This document shows, piece by piece, positions 62,963-64,000 of a stretch of DNA of 64,000 nt. The DNA comes from Selaginella moellendorffii (lineage: Eukaryota; Plantae; Lycopodiophyta), in NCBI RefSeq assembly GCF_000143415.4, contig NW_003314317.1:999183-1063182 (forward strand). The letters are read 5' to 3'. Below the pieces are notes generated by a model. It had not been told where the DNA came from. It did not search any database and saw only the letters and a program-made list of their open reading frames with translations. A program made the translations under genes and the position numbers. Numbering within the stretch: the stretch's first letter is position 1; each line of letters opens with the position of its first letter.

Positions 62963-64000
62963 ATGATCTGTAATTTTTCTTCATTGCATCCAACGATCCC
63001 CTTTGAGGCGATGACGATGATGGATAATCTCGTGCATGTACATAACTTATAGCACTGAAAAATCATGTGTCACGAGGATTCATCTTGCTCTTGCTGTACA
63101 GAAAACAACTGCTAATGTATACACTATAATATATGACATGTTGTGGAGTGATCCTCAAAGCGACTGCATGGAGGTTTCGTCCAAGCTTTTTCAGCTCTCA
63201 AACTATTAATTCTTCAGGTAGAGTGGGCTGTGCACAAGGCAAATAAATATAGGAAGAACCTTTCAGTCAAAACGGTGGAGAAGATGACAAATTTCAAGGA
63301 TTTGGATGCTGCTGTATGTGAAATCTCGAGGGGGGAACCTTTGCACTCTTGCTCTGTTGTCTCTTTGCATCGGACTAGTGATAGCCTTTCCTCTGTTCTT
63401 CCAGTTTTTCGTAAATGTAAATCTTGTGCAAACATGCTCCAGCAATTCACGAAGCTCTTTCCCAATTTTAAAGGAAGAGATTGTGGTAGCTGAAGTAGCA
63501 TCGCTTTGACTGGATTGTAACTCAAAGTCTTTCCTCACTGCTGGAATTCTATCTTTCTTTGTTTTTACCCAGCGTGCATATTCTATATATATTCATCTTC
63601 AACTTGTGCATGGGGATTCAACTCCTACGAAAATGTCGCATTCCTGGATCATCCTGGCAAGCTAAAAAGTTTGTCTAGACGATATTGTGGATCAGTTTCT
63701 TACTCTTCAAAGTCCTGTTTTGACTCCACTCTTTTGTCCCATACGCCGCCAAAGAGACAAAATCATTTTCCGCAATCACAATGCTGGTCGTACAAAAAAA
63801 TTTAACCTCAAGAGACTGGAGCTCAAGTCCCTGGAATTGGGAAATCTTTTTCTTATCACATTTCAAATGCAACAGAATAGTATTGTTTAAAAAGAAACGC
63901 GTAGAAGAAATCTTTTGTACGAAAAGCTTGCTACGTAGGCACACATCACTCTCTCTCAATTTGACCAATTCTTCGTGTGGTGTCTCACTATGTATGGATT

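Noticed and set aside
63200-64000. Short ORFs at the window end
   Set aside because: Possibly a decayed gene, but no identifiable family.

Overview
Plant nuclear DNA. The very compact genes, 45-60 nt introns and expanded PLS-type PPR genes suggest a lycophyte such as Selaginella (inference). The window has three zones. (1) 1-23.6 kb is a retrotransposon nest with four resolvable levels: an old + strand LTR; non-autonomous LTR element A (3215-18911, TSD AACAC); a 5S-rRNA-bearing Cassandra-like TRIM with a chimeric second LTR (8456-16820, TSD CTTGT); and a young sister element B (8950-16370, TSD TACTT). (2) 23.7-45.5 kb holds a DUF26 cysteine-rich receptor kinase, a truncated duplicate, and a decayed Ty3/gypsy element split by a 13.3 kb DNA transposon (29330-42646) with perfect 24-bp TIRs and a 4-bp TSD GTGG. 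This transposon encodes a Sola-like DDD transposase and a divergent multi-exon cargo gene: ParB/Srx-like domain, degenerate amino-DNA-methyltransferase-like fold and FCP1-type HAD phosphatase. It carries about 24 copies of a 24-bp palindrome, clustered in non-coding DNA and introns, that I did not see outside its TIRs. This is the best candidate for an undescribed system. (3) 45.7-64 kb is dense host genes: two PPRs, GRAS, DEG8, S1/zinc-knuckle, a membrane protein, a GIY-YIG-like protein, tRNA-Ser, a T-loop-deleted tRNA-Tyr, LipB/LIP2 and a HAS1-like helicase. All domain calls come from motif recognition by eye; no searches were run.
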